Positions 34,529 to 43,744 of a DNA stretch of 64,000 nucleotides are shown in pieces (positions within the stretch are counted from its first letter, which is position 1; every line of letters begins with the position of its first letter). Under the pieces are notes generated by a model that was not told the origin of the DNA, ran no database searches, and saw only the letters and a program-made list of their open reading frames with translations. Both the position numbers and the translations under genes were made by a program. Origin of the DNA: Vulgatibacter sp. (lineage in GTDB: Bacteria; Myxococcota; Myxococcia; Myxococcales; Vulgatibacteraceae); NCBI RefSeq assembly GCF_041687135.1, contig NZ_JAWLCN010000015.1:12033-76032 (forward strand), written 5' to 3'.

Positions 34529-35208
34529 CAGAAGGGCCAGATCCAGCCGAGCCAGCGGGAGAACCACCCCTGGCGCTGGTTGTCGGTGAGGACGCCCCTG
34601 CCGGTGAACTCGATCTCGGCGTCGGCGACCATGGTGCTCTTGATGCCGTTCTCCTGATCGATGTCGATGGGGCGGATCACGCCGGAGATGTAGAAGTGCT
34701 GTTCCTCGTTGTTGACGAGGACGACGCGGTGCCCCTCGACGAACAGGTTTCCGTTGGGCAGAACGGTCCGCACGATCGCCGGGACGGTGGCGGTGAGCCG
34801 CTCGCTCCTCCCGGTGGATCCGTTGCCGCGGAAGGTGGCGGCGGAGCTGCCCGCCAGTGCCGCCCGGAAGTCGGAGCCCTGCTGCAACTTCTCGAGGGCT
34901 CCGAGGAAGGAGGCGATGTTCGCCTGCGCCTCGGACGAGCGGACGAGGTCGGTTTCGGCGCTGCGCTGGGCGTCGGCGATCTCCTCGATCCGGATCACCA
35001 CCAGGTCGTTGACGCGCAGCGCCCGGGGATCGGCGAAGAGGTTCGACACCGGCCGGTTCTCGCGCCAGAGGCTGCCCGGCGTGGCATCCCGTTCCGCGCG
35101 CACCTCCGCCACGGGGAGCGCGTAGGTGCGCTGCTTCGGTTCGTAGGGTGCGATGTGGCCGGCGCCGCATCCGGCGAGGAGCCACGGGAGCACGAGCAGC
35201 CGCCTCAT
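34528..35208 (-). CDS. flgH: flagellar L-ring lipoprotein FlgH
   Basis: The lipobox is LLAGC. Matching segments are GSLWRENRPVSNLFADPRALRVNDLVVIRI and NLFVEGHRVVLVNNEEQHFYISGVIRPIDI. Confidence 0.92.
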   Translation of the reverse strand: MRRLLVLPWLLAGCGAGHIAPYEPKQRTYALPVAEVRAERDATPGSLWRENRPVSNLFADPRALRVNDLVVIRIEEIADAQRSAETDLVRSSEAQANIASFLGALEKLQQGSDFRAALAGSSAATFRGNGSTGRSERLTATVPAIVRTVLPNGNLFVEGHRVVLVNNEEQHFYISGVIRPIDIDQENGIKSTMVADAEIEFTGRGVLTDNQRQGWFSRWLGWIWPF

Positions 35209-35819
35209 CGATCCTCCACGACGAGCCGATCGCCGTCGATGCGCCCCGTGACCCGCTTCCCGCCGGGCAGGAGCGCGCAGGGGGCGGTGCCGGGGCAGGG
35301 GACGATCCGCGCCGGGCTCTCGACCTCGATCGCGCCGGTGCGCAGCACCACCCGCACGCTGGTCCCGGGGAGGCTACCGCGGGAGCGGACGTGGCGCGCT
35401 TCGAGGACGCGGCCCGTCGGGAGCGACCGTGCCGCGACCGCATTCGCGGGGAACGAGGCGAGAGGCTCGTTTCCCGCGCGGACCTCCCGCTCCTCCCGGC
35501 GCACCTTCCCCGCGAGCCGCTCGCCGGCGGAGAGGGGCTCGTCCACCACCCACGCGGCGGCGAAGACGCGGACGTTCGCCCACGCCCAGCCGCTGCATCC
35601 GGCACCGAAGAGCCGTACCGCGACACGGCCCGAACCGCGGATCGCCGCGCCAGCCTCCGCCCGCGTGGCGGTGCATCCGCCAGGCGAACCGGGGGCGTAG
35701 CGCTCCACCACCACGCGTGCCCGCGGCACGGCGAGCGCCGCCTCGAGGGCACGCGCGACCGGCGCCGGAACGGCCGCTGCCGCGGCGAGGAGGAGTGGGG
35801 CGAGGAAGGGCATGATCAT
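35205..35819 (-). CDS. flgA: flagellar P-ring assembly chaperone FlgA
   Basis: It has a signal peptide and a SAF-like C-terminal region (AARSLPTGRVLEARHVRSRGSLPGTSVRVVL). It sits in the flgG-flgA-flgH position. Confidence 0.7.
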   Translation of the reverse strand: MIMPFLAPLLLAAAAAVPAPVARALEAALAVPRARVVVERYAPGSPGGCTATRAEAGAAIRGSGRVAVRLFGAGCSGWAWANVRVFAAAWVVDEPLSAGERLAGKVRREEREVRAGNEPLASFPANAVAARSLPTGRVLEARHVRSRGSLPGTSVRVVLRTGAIEVESPARIVPCPGTAPCALLPGGKRVTGRIDGDRLVVEDR

Positions 35820-36601
35820 CGCAGCGAGGTAAGCCGCTGCAGCATCTGATCCGCGGTCTGGATCACCTTGGAGTTGAGCTCGTAGGCGCGCTGCGTGGCG
35901 ATGAGGTCGATCATCTCCTCCACCGCCTTCACGTTCGCGCCCTCCAGGTGGCCCTGTGCCAGCATCCCCGCGCCCTGCTCCCCGGGACGCAGGTGGATCG
36001 CCTCGCCGCTCGCCTCGCTCGCTGCGAAGAGGTTGCCCCCCAGGGCGAGGAGGCCACCGGGGTTGACGAAGGTGGAGAGCTCCAGCGTCCCGACCTCTGC
36101 GGCAGCTGTTGCGGAAGCCGAGCGGGCGAGGATCGCGCCGTCGGCCTGGATGGTGATCTCCACCACGTCGGGCGGGAAATCGATCCCCGGCTCCACCAAC
36201 TCGCCGCGCTGGGTGACGAGGCGGCCCGCCGCATCGACGCGAAAGTTGCCAGCGCGGGAATAGGCCAGCTCACCGTCGGGGCGGACCACGCGGAAGAAAC
36301 CGGCGCCCTCGATGGCCACATCGAGGGAGTTGCCGGTGGCGATGAGGTCACCCTGTCCGAAGTCGCGGGTGGTGGCGCCGGTCCGCACGCCGAGGCCGAC
36401 CTGCAGCGGCGCCGGCGCGCTTCCGCCCTCGGGGGCTGGTGCCTGTGGCGCCCGGAGCGTCTCCGACAGGAGATCTTCGAACTCGGCGCGGACGCGCTTG
36501 AAGCCCGTGGTGCTCGCGTTGGCCAGGTTGTTGGACACCACGTCCATCTTGAGCTCCTGCGCCTCCATGCCGGTTGCGGCGGTGTAGAGCGAGCGCAGCA
36601 T
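35816..36601 (-). CDS. flgG: flagellar distal rod protein FlgG
   Basis: The N-terminus is MLRSLYTAATGMEAQELKMDVVSNNLANASTTGFK. The C-terminus is GHLEGANVKAVEEMIDLIATQRAYELNSKVIQTADQM. Confidence 0.93.
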   Translation of the reverse strand: MLRSLYTAATGMEAQELKMDVVSNNLANASTTGFKRVRAEFEDLLSETLRAPQAPAPEGGSAPAPLQVGLGVRTGATTRDFGQGDLIATGNSLDVAIEGAGFFRVVRPDGELAYSRAGNFRVDAAGRLVTQRGELVEPGIDFPPDVVEITIQADGAILARSASATAAAEVGTLELSTFVNPGGLLALGGNLFAASEASGEAIHLRPGEQGAGMLAQGHLEGANVKAVEEMIDLIATQRAYELNSKVIQTADQMLQRLTSLR

Positions 36602-36612
36602 TTCGTCCTCCT

Positions 36613-37320
36613 TCAGCGGACCCGGCCGATCTCGACGGCACGTTCGTCGAGCTTCCGGTAGGTCTGGATCGCCTGCATCGCGTGATCGAACGAGCGGTGG
36701 GCCTCGATGAGGGCCACCGCGCTCTCCATGGCACTGGCGTTGCCGAGCTCCAGCTCGCCGACTCGGACCCCCGCCTCGCTGGCCCGCGTGGTCGCCCCGG
36801 GGCCCGCGGTGAAGAGCGCCGGCCCGCGCCGACCCGCCGGCCCGTCGAGGTGGAAGAGGCCGAGCCGGGCCACCTCGACGGCGCCGGCGAGGACCCTGCC
36901 GCTCTCCTCGACGCGCGGCACCTCGCCTGCCGGAACCGTGATCGGCTCCCCCTCGCTCGAGAGCAGCGGATGTCCCGCAGCCTGGAGCCGTCCCAGCGCA
37001 TCGACGGAGACCCTGCCATCCCGGGTGTAGCCGGTGGCGCCGTCGGGCAGGCGCACCGCCAGAAATGCGTCGCTCTCCGGGAGGAGATCGAGCGGAGCGC
37101 CCGTTCGTGTCACGGCGCCGGGGGCGCGGTCGACGCCGGCGGCGACTGCAGCAGCGGAAACCCGGGTGCCGTCGCCGCCAGCGGGCAGGAAGGAGGCAAA
37201 CGCCGGGCGTGTCGCCTTGAATCCGGGCGTCTCCACGTTGGCGAGATTGTCGGCGATGGCGTCGAGGGCGCGGGCCTGCGCCGCCGCGCCGCTCATACCT
37301 ACGTAGATCCCGTCACCCAT
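36613..37320 (-). CDS. flgF: flagellar proximal rod protein FlgF
   Basis: Matching segments are GIYVGMSGAAAQARALDAIADNLANVETPGFK and LELGNASAMESAVALIEAHRSFDHAMQAIQTY. Confidence 0.88.
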   Translation of the reverse strand: MGDGIYVGMSGAAAQARALDAIADNLANVETPGFKATRPAFASFLPAGGDGTRVSAAAVAAGVDRAPGAVTRTGAPLDLLPESDAFLAVRLPDGATGYTRDGRVSVDALGRLQAAGHPLLSSEGEPITVPAGEVPRVEESGRVLAGAVEVARLGLFHLDGPAGRRGPALFTAGPGATTRASEAGVRVGELELGNASAMESAVALIEAHRSFDHAMQAIQTYRKLDERAVEIGRVR

Positions 37321-37345
37321 CCGTCATCCTCCTCGTGATTCGGAC

Positions 37346-37361
37346 AGCAAGCGGCTTGCCA
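37346..37361 (-). promoter_or_regulatory. sigma-54 promoter upstream of flgF
   Basis: Minus strand reads TGGCAA gccgc TTGCT (GG-N10-GC with full TGGCA/TTGC arms). It lies 25 nt upstream of the flgF ATG, with a GAGGAGGA RBS in between. Confidence 0.7.
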
Positions 37362-37432
37362 GCGCGAAAGCGCCAGATTCGTGGCGCCCGCGCAGGCCCG
37401 TCCCATGCATCGTCTGGCGGGAGGAGGCGACG

Positions 37433-37846
37433 ATGCGAACGCGATTCGATCCGCTGCTGCGGCTGCGGGAGCGGACGGAGGAGGAGGCGAAGCTGGCCGT
37501 GGCGTCGGAACTGCGTGGCGCGGAGGCGGTACGAGCCCGGATCGCTGCGTTCCTGGAGGCGGAGGCGCGACCTCCCGGCGACGCGGCAGCAGCGTTCTGG
37601 GAGCTGCACGGCGCCGAGCGGCTGCGCCACCGCGCCACCCTGGAGCGGCTCGAGGTGGAGCTCGCAGCTGCCGAAGCACGGGTCGAGGGGGCGCGGGCAA
37701 CCCTCGCCGCCGCCCATCGCGCAGCGGAAAGTCTGCGGCGTGCGGTGGAGAGCCGGCACGCGGCTGCGCTCATGGAGGCCGCGCGCCGGGAGCGCAAGGC
37801 GCAGGACGAGCTCGCCGCGCTCCGCTTCTCCTTCCTGCGCCGCTGA
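37433..37846 (+). CDS. fliJ: FliJ-like coiled-coil export protein (only plus-strand gene in the cluster)
   Basis: 137 aa. MRTRFDPLLRLRERTEEEAKLAVASELRGAEA... is a FliJ-type N-terminus with a two-helix coiled-coil composition. It is divergent from flgF and convergent with fliA. Confidence 0.55.
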   Translation: MRTRFDPLLRLRERTEEEAKLAVASELRGAEAVRARIAAFLEAEARPPGDAAAAFWELHGAERLRHRATLERLEVELAAAEARVEGARATLAAAHRAAESLRRAVESRHAAALMEAARRERKAQDELAALRFSFLRR

Positions 37847-37895
37847 GATGCTGCGGCGCTCGAATGCAGTGGGCTCACGCGCGCGCCGGATCGCG

Positions 37896-38612
37896 TCACC
37901 GATCCTCCGCGAGCGCCGCCCGGAGGCGCTTCGTCGCTTCGCCGTGGATCTGGCAGACCCGTGGCTCGCTCACCCCGAGGACCTGCGCGACCTCCTTGTT
38001 GGAGAGACCCTCTACGTAGCGGAGCGAGACGACGAGCTGCTGCCGCTCCGGTAGCGCGGCGATCGCCTGGGCGAGGCGGCCCTGCAGCCGCGCCCGATCG
38101 AGGAGCTCCTCCTGCAGCGGCGCAGGGCTCGGCGGCACCGTCGCCTCGTCGATCGGCACCACCGGCTGGAGCAGCGCGGCGAGCTCGCCGACCTCCTCCA
38201 CCGGCAGGTCGAGCGCCGCTGCGAGCTCCGCCTCGTCGGGCTCTCTGCCCAGCTTTTCCGCCAACTCCCTGCGCGCCGCCTGCAGCCGGTCGAGATCGGC
38301 CCGCAGCCTGCGGGGCAGGTGGTCGAGCCGGCGCAGTTCGTCGAGCATCGCGCCCCGGACTCGGTGCTCGGCGAAGGTTTCGAAGCGGACGTCCCGTGCA
38401 GCGTCGAAGCGGCGCGCTGCATCGAGGAGGCCCAGCGCGCCAGCCGACCAGAGATCGTCGAAGGCATGGTGCATCGCGGCGCGGAAGCAGAGGCGCCGCG
38501 CCATCCGGTCGAGGAGCGCAGCATGGCGCTCGACGAGCTGCGCCTCATCGAGACGGCTCGCCTGCGCGTAGAGCGCGTGGCCCCTGCGCGCGAATCCCCC
38601 GAGCGGCGTCAT
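37896..38612 (-). CDS. fliA: flagellar sigma factor FliA (sigma-28)
   Basis: Region 2 is FDDLWSAGALGLLDAARRFDAARDVRFETFAEHRVRGAMLDELR. Region 4 is LPERQQLVVSLRYVEGLSNKEVAQVLGVSEPRVCQIHGEA. It overlaps flhG by 4 nt. Confidence 0.9.
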   Translation of the reverse strand: MTPLGGFARRGHALYAQASRLDEAQLVERHAALLDRMARRLCFRAAMHHAFDDLWSAGALGLLDAARRFDAARDVRFETFAEHRVRGAMLDELRRLDHLPRRLRADLDRLQAARRELAEKLGREPDEAELAAALDLPVEEVGELAALLQPVVPIDEATVPPSPAPLQEELLDRARLQGRLAQAIAALPERQQLVVSLRYVEGLSNKEVAQVLGVSEPRVCQIHGEATKRLRAALAEDR

Positions 38613-39469
38613 GCCCGCGCCCGTGCCGCCGACTCGAGCATCAGCCTGTGCCAGAGGAACTTCAGCCCGCCGTCCAGCCGCGTCGGAGGCGGCCTGCGCA
38701 GGAGGTTCGCGACGACCCCTTCCAGCGCGCGGCTCACCGGGGAGAGCGGGTAGGCGTCGACCACGGGCCGCTGGCTCATCACCGCGCGGTGGACGTTCTC
38801 GTCCCGGGGGAGATGGCCGGCGTAGGAGAGCTGCGCCTCGAGGAAGCGCCGGGTGATTCCTTCGAGCTTGCCGAAGACCTCCCGGGCCTGCGCCTCGCTC
38901 GCCGCCGGATTGACCAGCACGTCGAAGTGGCGGACGCCCGCCGATTGCGAGAGCGCCTTCACCGCGGCGTAGGCGTCGGTGAGCGAAGTGGGCTCGGGGC
39001 TCACCACCAGCAGTGCCTCCTGCGCGGCACCCACGAAGAAGAGCACATTGTCGCCGATGCCTGCCGGGGAGTCGACGATCACGAAATCGAACTCCTCCTC
39101 GAGCTCGTCGAGGGCCCCGAGGAGACGGAGCTTCTCCAATTCGGCGAGCTGGGTGAGGTGCTGCAGGCCGGATCCTGCGGAGAGCACGCGGATCCCGTGC
39201 GGGCCCTCGGCGAGGACGTCGCGAACCGGCACCTCGAGGCGCAGTACGTCCCCCAGGTGGTGGCGCGGCCGGATCCCGAGGAGGATGTCGGCGTTGGCGA
39301 GGCCGAGGTCCGCGTCGACGAGGAGCACCCGCGAGCCGGCCCTGGCCACCAGCACCGCGAGGTTGGTCGAGATGGTGCTCTTGCCCACGCCCCCCTTGCC
39401 GGAGGTGACGGCGATGACCCGCAGCGGCTCGCCGCCCAGCAGGCTCTGTATCTCTTCTCTCGGATCCAT
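38609..39469 (-). CDS. flhG: MinD-like ATPase FlhG (FleN/YlxH)
   Basis: This is the tail of track ORF 38609..40693, starting at ATG 39469. The deviant Walker A is TSGKGGVGKST. A C-terminal amphipathic helix GLKFLWHRLM is present. Confidence 0.88.
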   Translation of the reverse strand: MDPREEIQSLLGGEPLRVIAVTSGKGGVGKSTISTNLAVLVARAGSRVLLVDADLGLANADILLGIRPRHHLGDVLRLEVPVRDVLAEGPHGIRVLSAGSGLQHLTQLAELEKLRLLGALDELEEEFDFVIVDSPAGIGDNVLFFVGAAQEALLVVSPEPTSLTDAYAAVKALSQSAGVRHFDVLVNPAASEAQAREVFGKLEGITRRFLEAQLSYAGHLPRDENVHRAVMSQRPVVDAYPLSPVSRALEGVVANLLRRPPPTRLDGGLKFLWHRLMLESAARARA

Positions 39470-39474
39470 TTCAC

Positions 39475-40626
39475 TCACCTCGCACCTGCCCGAACGCGTT
39501 CGCGCTCCGCGCTTCCCATCACCAGGTCGACCAGATCGAGCTCGTCCACCGCGCGCAGATCCTCCGGCACGCGCTGGCCGTTGGCGACGCAAGAGACCGG
39601 GCGATCGATCCGCACCAGCGCCGAGAGCACGCCGCCGGGCGCCGCGGCCTCGTCCACCTTCGAGACGATGATCCGCTCGGGCTCCAGCCTGCGGTACCGC
39701 TCGGCAACCGCAGCCAGCTCCCGCGCCCCCGCAGCGGCGCTGACCACCAGATGCATCTGCACGCCGGGGACGCTGCGAATCGACTCCGCCTGCTGCGCCA
39801 CCGCCTCGTGGGTCGAACGACCCGCGGTGTCGACGAGGACGAGATCGGCGCCGGCCGCTCGGGCCACCGCGTGGACGAGCTCCTCGCGGTCGCGGGCGAT
39901 CCAGGTCGGCGCCCCGAGGATCTCCCCGTAACGCGCGAGCTGGTCGCTGGCGCCGACGCGGTAGGTGTCGACGGTGATCAGCGCCACCCGCAGCCGGGAC
40001 TCGAGGACCGCCCTTGCCGCGATCTTGGCCAGGCTGGTGGTCTTGCCGACGCCGGTCGGGCCGACGAAGGCCAGGACCTTCGCGCCGTGACGCAGCCAGG
40101 GGGCCCTGGTGGCGGAGATGCGGCGCCGGAGCAGCTCGCGGACCGCCGTCCGCAACTCCTCTGCACCAGCATGCCCGGCGGCGAGCGACTGGCGGACGAG
40201 CTCCTCCGCCAGCGCCTCCTCGACACCTGCATCGAGCAGCGACTCGTGCACGGCGGCTGCGGCGGCGTCGAAGCGCAGCGCCTGCTGGATGCGGCTCTCC
40301 CGGCTCACCCGTCGCAGCTCCCGCCGCGCCTCGGCGAGGGCCTCGCGCATCGCTGCCATCTCGCCGGCGAAGGACGGGGCGAGGAGCGCCGCCCGCGGCT
40401 CCGGTTCGCGCGCAGTGCCCGTCGCCGCTGGCGGCGGCGCCGGCGGGGCCTCGAGGGCGGCGGTCACCTCGATCTCGGGACCGCGGAGCAGCGTGCGCGG
40501 AATCGAGCGGGTGGAGACGATGACGGCATCCGGCCCGAGGGCCGCCTTCACCGCTGCGAGAGCGGCGCGGGTATCCGCCGCACGGAAGGTGCGAAGGGTT
40601 GGAGAGGGAGCCATGTCGGTCCTCAA
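39475..40626 (-). CDS. flhF: SRP-type GTPase FlhF
   Basis: G1 is GPTGVGKTT, followed by TVDTYRVGASDQL and LVDTAGRS. It has an N-terminal B-domain. Confidence 0.9.
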   Translation of the reverse strand: MRTDMAPSPTLRTFRAADTRAALAAVKAALGPDAVIVSTRSIPRTLLRGPEIEVTAALEAPPAPPPAATGTAREPEPRAALLAPSFAGEMAAMREALAEARRELRRVSRESRIQQALRFDAAAAAVHESLLDAGVEEALAEELVRQSLAAGHAGAEELRTAVRELLRRRISATRAPWLRHGAKVLAFVGPTGVGKTTSLAKIAARAVLESRLRVALITVDTYRVGASDQLARYGEILGAPTWIARDREELVHAVARAAGADLVLVDTAGRSTHEAVAQQAESIRSVPGVQMHLVVSAAAGARELAAVAERYRRLEPERIIVSKVDEAAAPGGVLSALVRIDRPVSCVANGQRVPEDLRAVDELDLVDLVMGSAERERVRAGAR

Positions 40627-42692
40627 GCGGCGCTCCTGCCGGGTAGCTGGATCTGCCCTGCAGGCTCGACCGCGGTGCCCGCGAGCAGCTCACGGGCGCT
40701 GATCACCTGCATGTCGGGGACGAAGCGGGAAACGAAGTCGAAGAGGGGCCGGCGGAGATCGGGTGGCGCGAGGAGCACCGGCGTCCTGCCTGCGGCGGCG
40801 AGAGTCGCCGCGTTGGATTCCAGGGCCTCGATGAGCTTGCGCGCGGTGGCGACGTCGGGTGCGAGGGCCGCCTCGCCGTCGGCGTTGCCGAGGGATGCCC
40901 GGAGGAGATCCTCGGTGGTGCGGTCGAGGGTGAGGGCGCGCACCTTCCCTGCCTCGTCGCGGAGCCTGCTGGTGATCTGGCGCGCGAGCCTGCGCCGCAC
41001 CTGTTCGACCATCCAGGCGTTGTCCTTGCTGCGGGGTGCAGCGTCGGCGATCGCCTCGAGGATCGTGCGCATGTCCCGGACCGACAGACCCTCGCGCACC
41101 AGCGAGCGGATCACCCGCACCACCTCTCCGAGGGTGACGGTGCCGGGCACGACGTCCTCCACCAGCTTCGGTGCCTCCCTGGCGCAGGCGCCGAGCATCT
41201 CCTGCACCTCCTGCCTTCCCACGAGCTCGTGGGCATGGCGGCGGAGGAGCTCGCCGAGGTGGGTCGTCACCACCGAGGGGACGTCGACGAGGGTCAGGCC
41301 CATCGTCTCCGCCCGGGGGCGATCGCCGGCGCGGATCCAGATCGCGGGCAGGCCGAAGGCAGGTTCCCGACCGGCGATCCCCTCGATCGATGGGGTGCCG
41401 CCCCGCGGGTCGAGGGCCATGAGCCGGTCGGGCCACGCCTTGCCCGCGCCGATCTCCAGGCCCCGGAGCAGCACGCGGTACTCGTTGGCGTCGAGGCGCA
41501 GATCGTCCCGGAGGTGGATCGAAGGGAAGACCACCCCGAGCTCCTCGGCGAGCTTGCGCCGCAGGGCGGTGATCCTGCCCGGAAGCTCGCCGCCCTTCTC
41601 CACGTCGATCGACGCGAGGAGGCCGTAGCCCACCTGCAGCTCGAGGGCGTCGACCGCCAGGAGGTCCTGGATCCGATCGCCCGGCGGCGGCCCCTCCTGC
41701 TTCGAGGGGCGCGCCTGCCCCGCATCGGCTCGCGCCCTGGCGCGGCGGGCGAGGACGAGGGCGCCGGCAGCCAGCGAGCCGAAGGCGAGGAAGGGCAGGC
41801 CCGGCAGCAGCGCCAGCGCGCCGAGCACCGCGGCGGTGGAGTGGAGGACGCGCGGGTTGCCGAGGACCTGGCTGCCGACCTGGGTGCCGAGGTCGTCGCC
41901 GTCGGCTCTGGTGACCACGATGCCGGCAGCGGTGGAGACGAGGAGCGCCGGCATCTGGGAGACGAGCCCGTCGCCCACCGTGAGCAGGGTGTAGGTCTCT
42001 ACCGCGCTGGCCAGGGAGAGGCCGTCGCGGAAGAGACCGGTGAGCAGGCCGCCGATCACGTTGATCACCGTGATGAAGAGGCCGGCGATGGCGTCGCCGC
42101 GGACGAATTTGCTGGCACCATCCATGGCGCCGAAGAACTCGGACTCCTGTTCGAGCCTGGTGCGGCGGGTCCGTGCCTCGCGGTCGTCGATGATCCCGGC
42201 TGCCAGATCGGCGTCGATCGCCATCTGCTTGCCGGGCATGGCGTCGAGGGTGAAGCGGGCCGCCACTTCCGAGACGCGTCCCGACCCCTTGGTGATCACC
42301 ACGAAGTTGACCACGAGGAGGATCAGGAAGATCACCAGCCCCACCACCAGGCTGCCGCCCACGACGAACCTGCCGAAGGCCTCGATCACCCCGCCGGCGG
42401 CCCCTGCGCCCTTGCCTCCATCGAGCAGGATCAGCCGGGTCGTGGCGACGTTGAGCCCGAGGCGGAAGAGGGTGCTGATCAGCAGCAGCGACGGGAAGAC
42501 GGAGAAGTCCAGGGGCTGCCGGATCCCCAGGGCCACGAGCAGCATCATCACCGAGATGCCCACGTTGAAGGCGAGCAGGCCGTCGAGGGCCGCCGCCGGT
42601 ACCGGCAGGATCAGGATGGCCAGCACCGCCAGCACGGCCATGGCCGCGAGCGTCTCGCCCGTCCCCCTGGCGCCCTGCGCCGTGGCGGCCAT
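40623..42692 (-). CDS. flhA: flagellar export gate protein FlhA
   Basis: This is the tail of track ORF 40623..44657, starting at ATG 42692. Matching segments are FPSLLLISTLFRLGLNVATTRLIL, VVNFVVITKGSGRVSEVAARFTLDAMPGKQMAIDADL and the FHIPEP core. The length is 689 aa. Confidence 0.95.
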   Translation of the reverse strand: MAATAQGARGTGETLAAMAVLAVLAILILPVPAAALDGLLAFNVGISVMMLLVALGIRQPLDFSVFPSLLLISTLFRLGLNVATTRLILLDGGKGAGAAGGVIEAFGRFVVGGSLVVGLVIFLILLVVNFVVITKGSGRVSEVAARFTLDAMPGKQMAIDADLAAGIIDDREARTRRTRLEQESEFFGAMDGASKFVRGDAIAGLFITVINVIGGLLTGLFRDGLSLASAVETYTLLTVGDGLVSQMPALLVSTAAGIVVTRADGDDLGTQVGSQVLGNPRVLHSTAAVLGALALLPGLPFLAFGSLAAGALVLARRARARADAGQARPSKQEGPPPGDRIQDLLAVDALELQVGYGLLASIDVEKGGELPGRITALRRKLAEELGVVFPSIHLRDDLRLDANEYRVLLRGLEIGAGKAWPDRLMALDPRGGTPSIEGIAGREPAFGLPAIWIRAGDRPRAETMGLTLVDVPSVVTTHLGELLRRHAHELVGRQEVQEMLGACAREAPKLVEDVVPGTVTLGEVVRVIRSLVREGLSVRDMRTILEAIADAAPRSKDNAWMVEQVRRRLARQITSRLRDEAGKVRALTLDRTTEDLLRASLGNADGEAALAPDVATARKLIEALESNAATLAAAGRTPVLLAPPDLRRPLFDFVSRFVPDMQVISARELLAGTAVEPAGQIQLPGRSAA

Positions 42693-43741
42693 CAGGCTGC
42701 TCCCCTGCGCAGTCGGTAGACGAAGGCGAGAATCGCGGCGACGGCCTTGTAGGTCTCCTCGGGGATCTCCTTGCCGACCTTGACCCGGCGGTAGAGGAGC
42801 CGGGCGAGCGGCACGTCCTCCACGATCGCCACCCCGTTGGCGCGGGCGATGTCTCGCATGATCTCCGCCAGTTGCCCCTTGCCCTTTGCCACCACCCGCG
42901 GCGCGCGATCGCTGCCACGCCGGTAGCGGATCGCCACCGCCACGTGGGTCGGATTGACGAGCAGCGCGTCCGCCTGCGGTACCTCCACCACGACGCGCGC
43001 CTTCGCCATCTCGCGGTGGCGGCGCCGGCGCTGCGAGCGGAGGAGCGGATCGCCCTCGTCTTCCTTGTGCTCTCGCTTGAGCTCGTCCCGGGTCATACGC
43101 ATCCTGGCTGCGAAGCGTTGCCGTGCCACTGCAAGGTCCAGGCCCGCTGCTGCGACCAACGCCACCGCCAGCCAGGGAAGCGCGCGCACCAGCGGCGCGA
43201 AGGTCGCGCCGAGCAGCTCCCGTGGCGCCAGATGCAGCAGCCGTGGCAGCGTCAGGAAATCGTCGCGCAGCGCGAACCAGGCAGCTCCTCCTACCGCCAG
43301 CACCTTGACGCCGGCGAGGCCGAGGTCGGCGAGCACCTCGCGCGAGACGAGGCGGGTGAGCCTGGAGCCCTGCCAGAGCCGTTCCGGATCGGGGAGGGCG
43401 AGGTGGAGCCAGAACCTGCCGCGGGTCTGCAGCGCGCCGGCACCGACGGCAGCGAGCGCCACCGTGGCGCAGATCGAGGCGGCGGTGGTGACGGGCGCCA
43501 CGACGAGAGGCAACAGCGCCGACGGGGATGTCCCGGCGAGCCCGGTGGCACCGGCGGCCACCAGCGCACCCAACTCGTCGAGCAGCGCCGGGGCGAAGAG
43601 GAGCAGGGCGCCGCATCCAGCCGCCAGAGCGGCGACGGCGGAGGCATCCCTGCCGATCGGGATCTGCCCCTTCTCTGCCGCTTGCTCGAGCCTGCGTTGC
43701 GAGGCCTGCTCGGTCTTGTCGTCCTTCTCTTCGTCGGCCAT
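42692..43741 (-). CDS. flhB: flagellar export switch protein FlhB
   Basis: The N-terminus is MADEEKDDKTEQASQRRLEQAAEKGQIPIGRD. The autocleavage site is NPTH (LLVNPTHVAVAIRY). Confidence 0.95.
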   Translation of the reverse strand: MADEEKDDKTEQASQRRLEQAAEKGQIPIGRDASAVAALAAGCGALLLFAPALLDELGALVAAGATGLAGTSPSALLPLVVAPVTTAASICATVALAAVGAGALQTRGRFWLHLALPDPERLWQGSRLTRLVSREVLADLGLAGVKVLAVGGAAWFALRDDFLTLPRLLHLAPRELLGATFAPLVRALPWLAVALVAAAGLDLAVARQRFAARMRMTRDELKREHKEDEGDPLLRSQRRRRHREMAKARVVVEVPQADALLVNPTHVAVAIRYRRGSDRAPRVVAKGKGQLAEIMRDIARANGVAIVEDVPLARLLYRRVKVGKEIPEETYKAVAAILAFVYRLRRGAA

Positions 43742-43744
43742 CGT

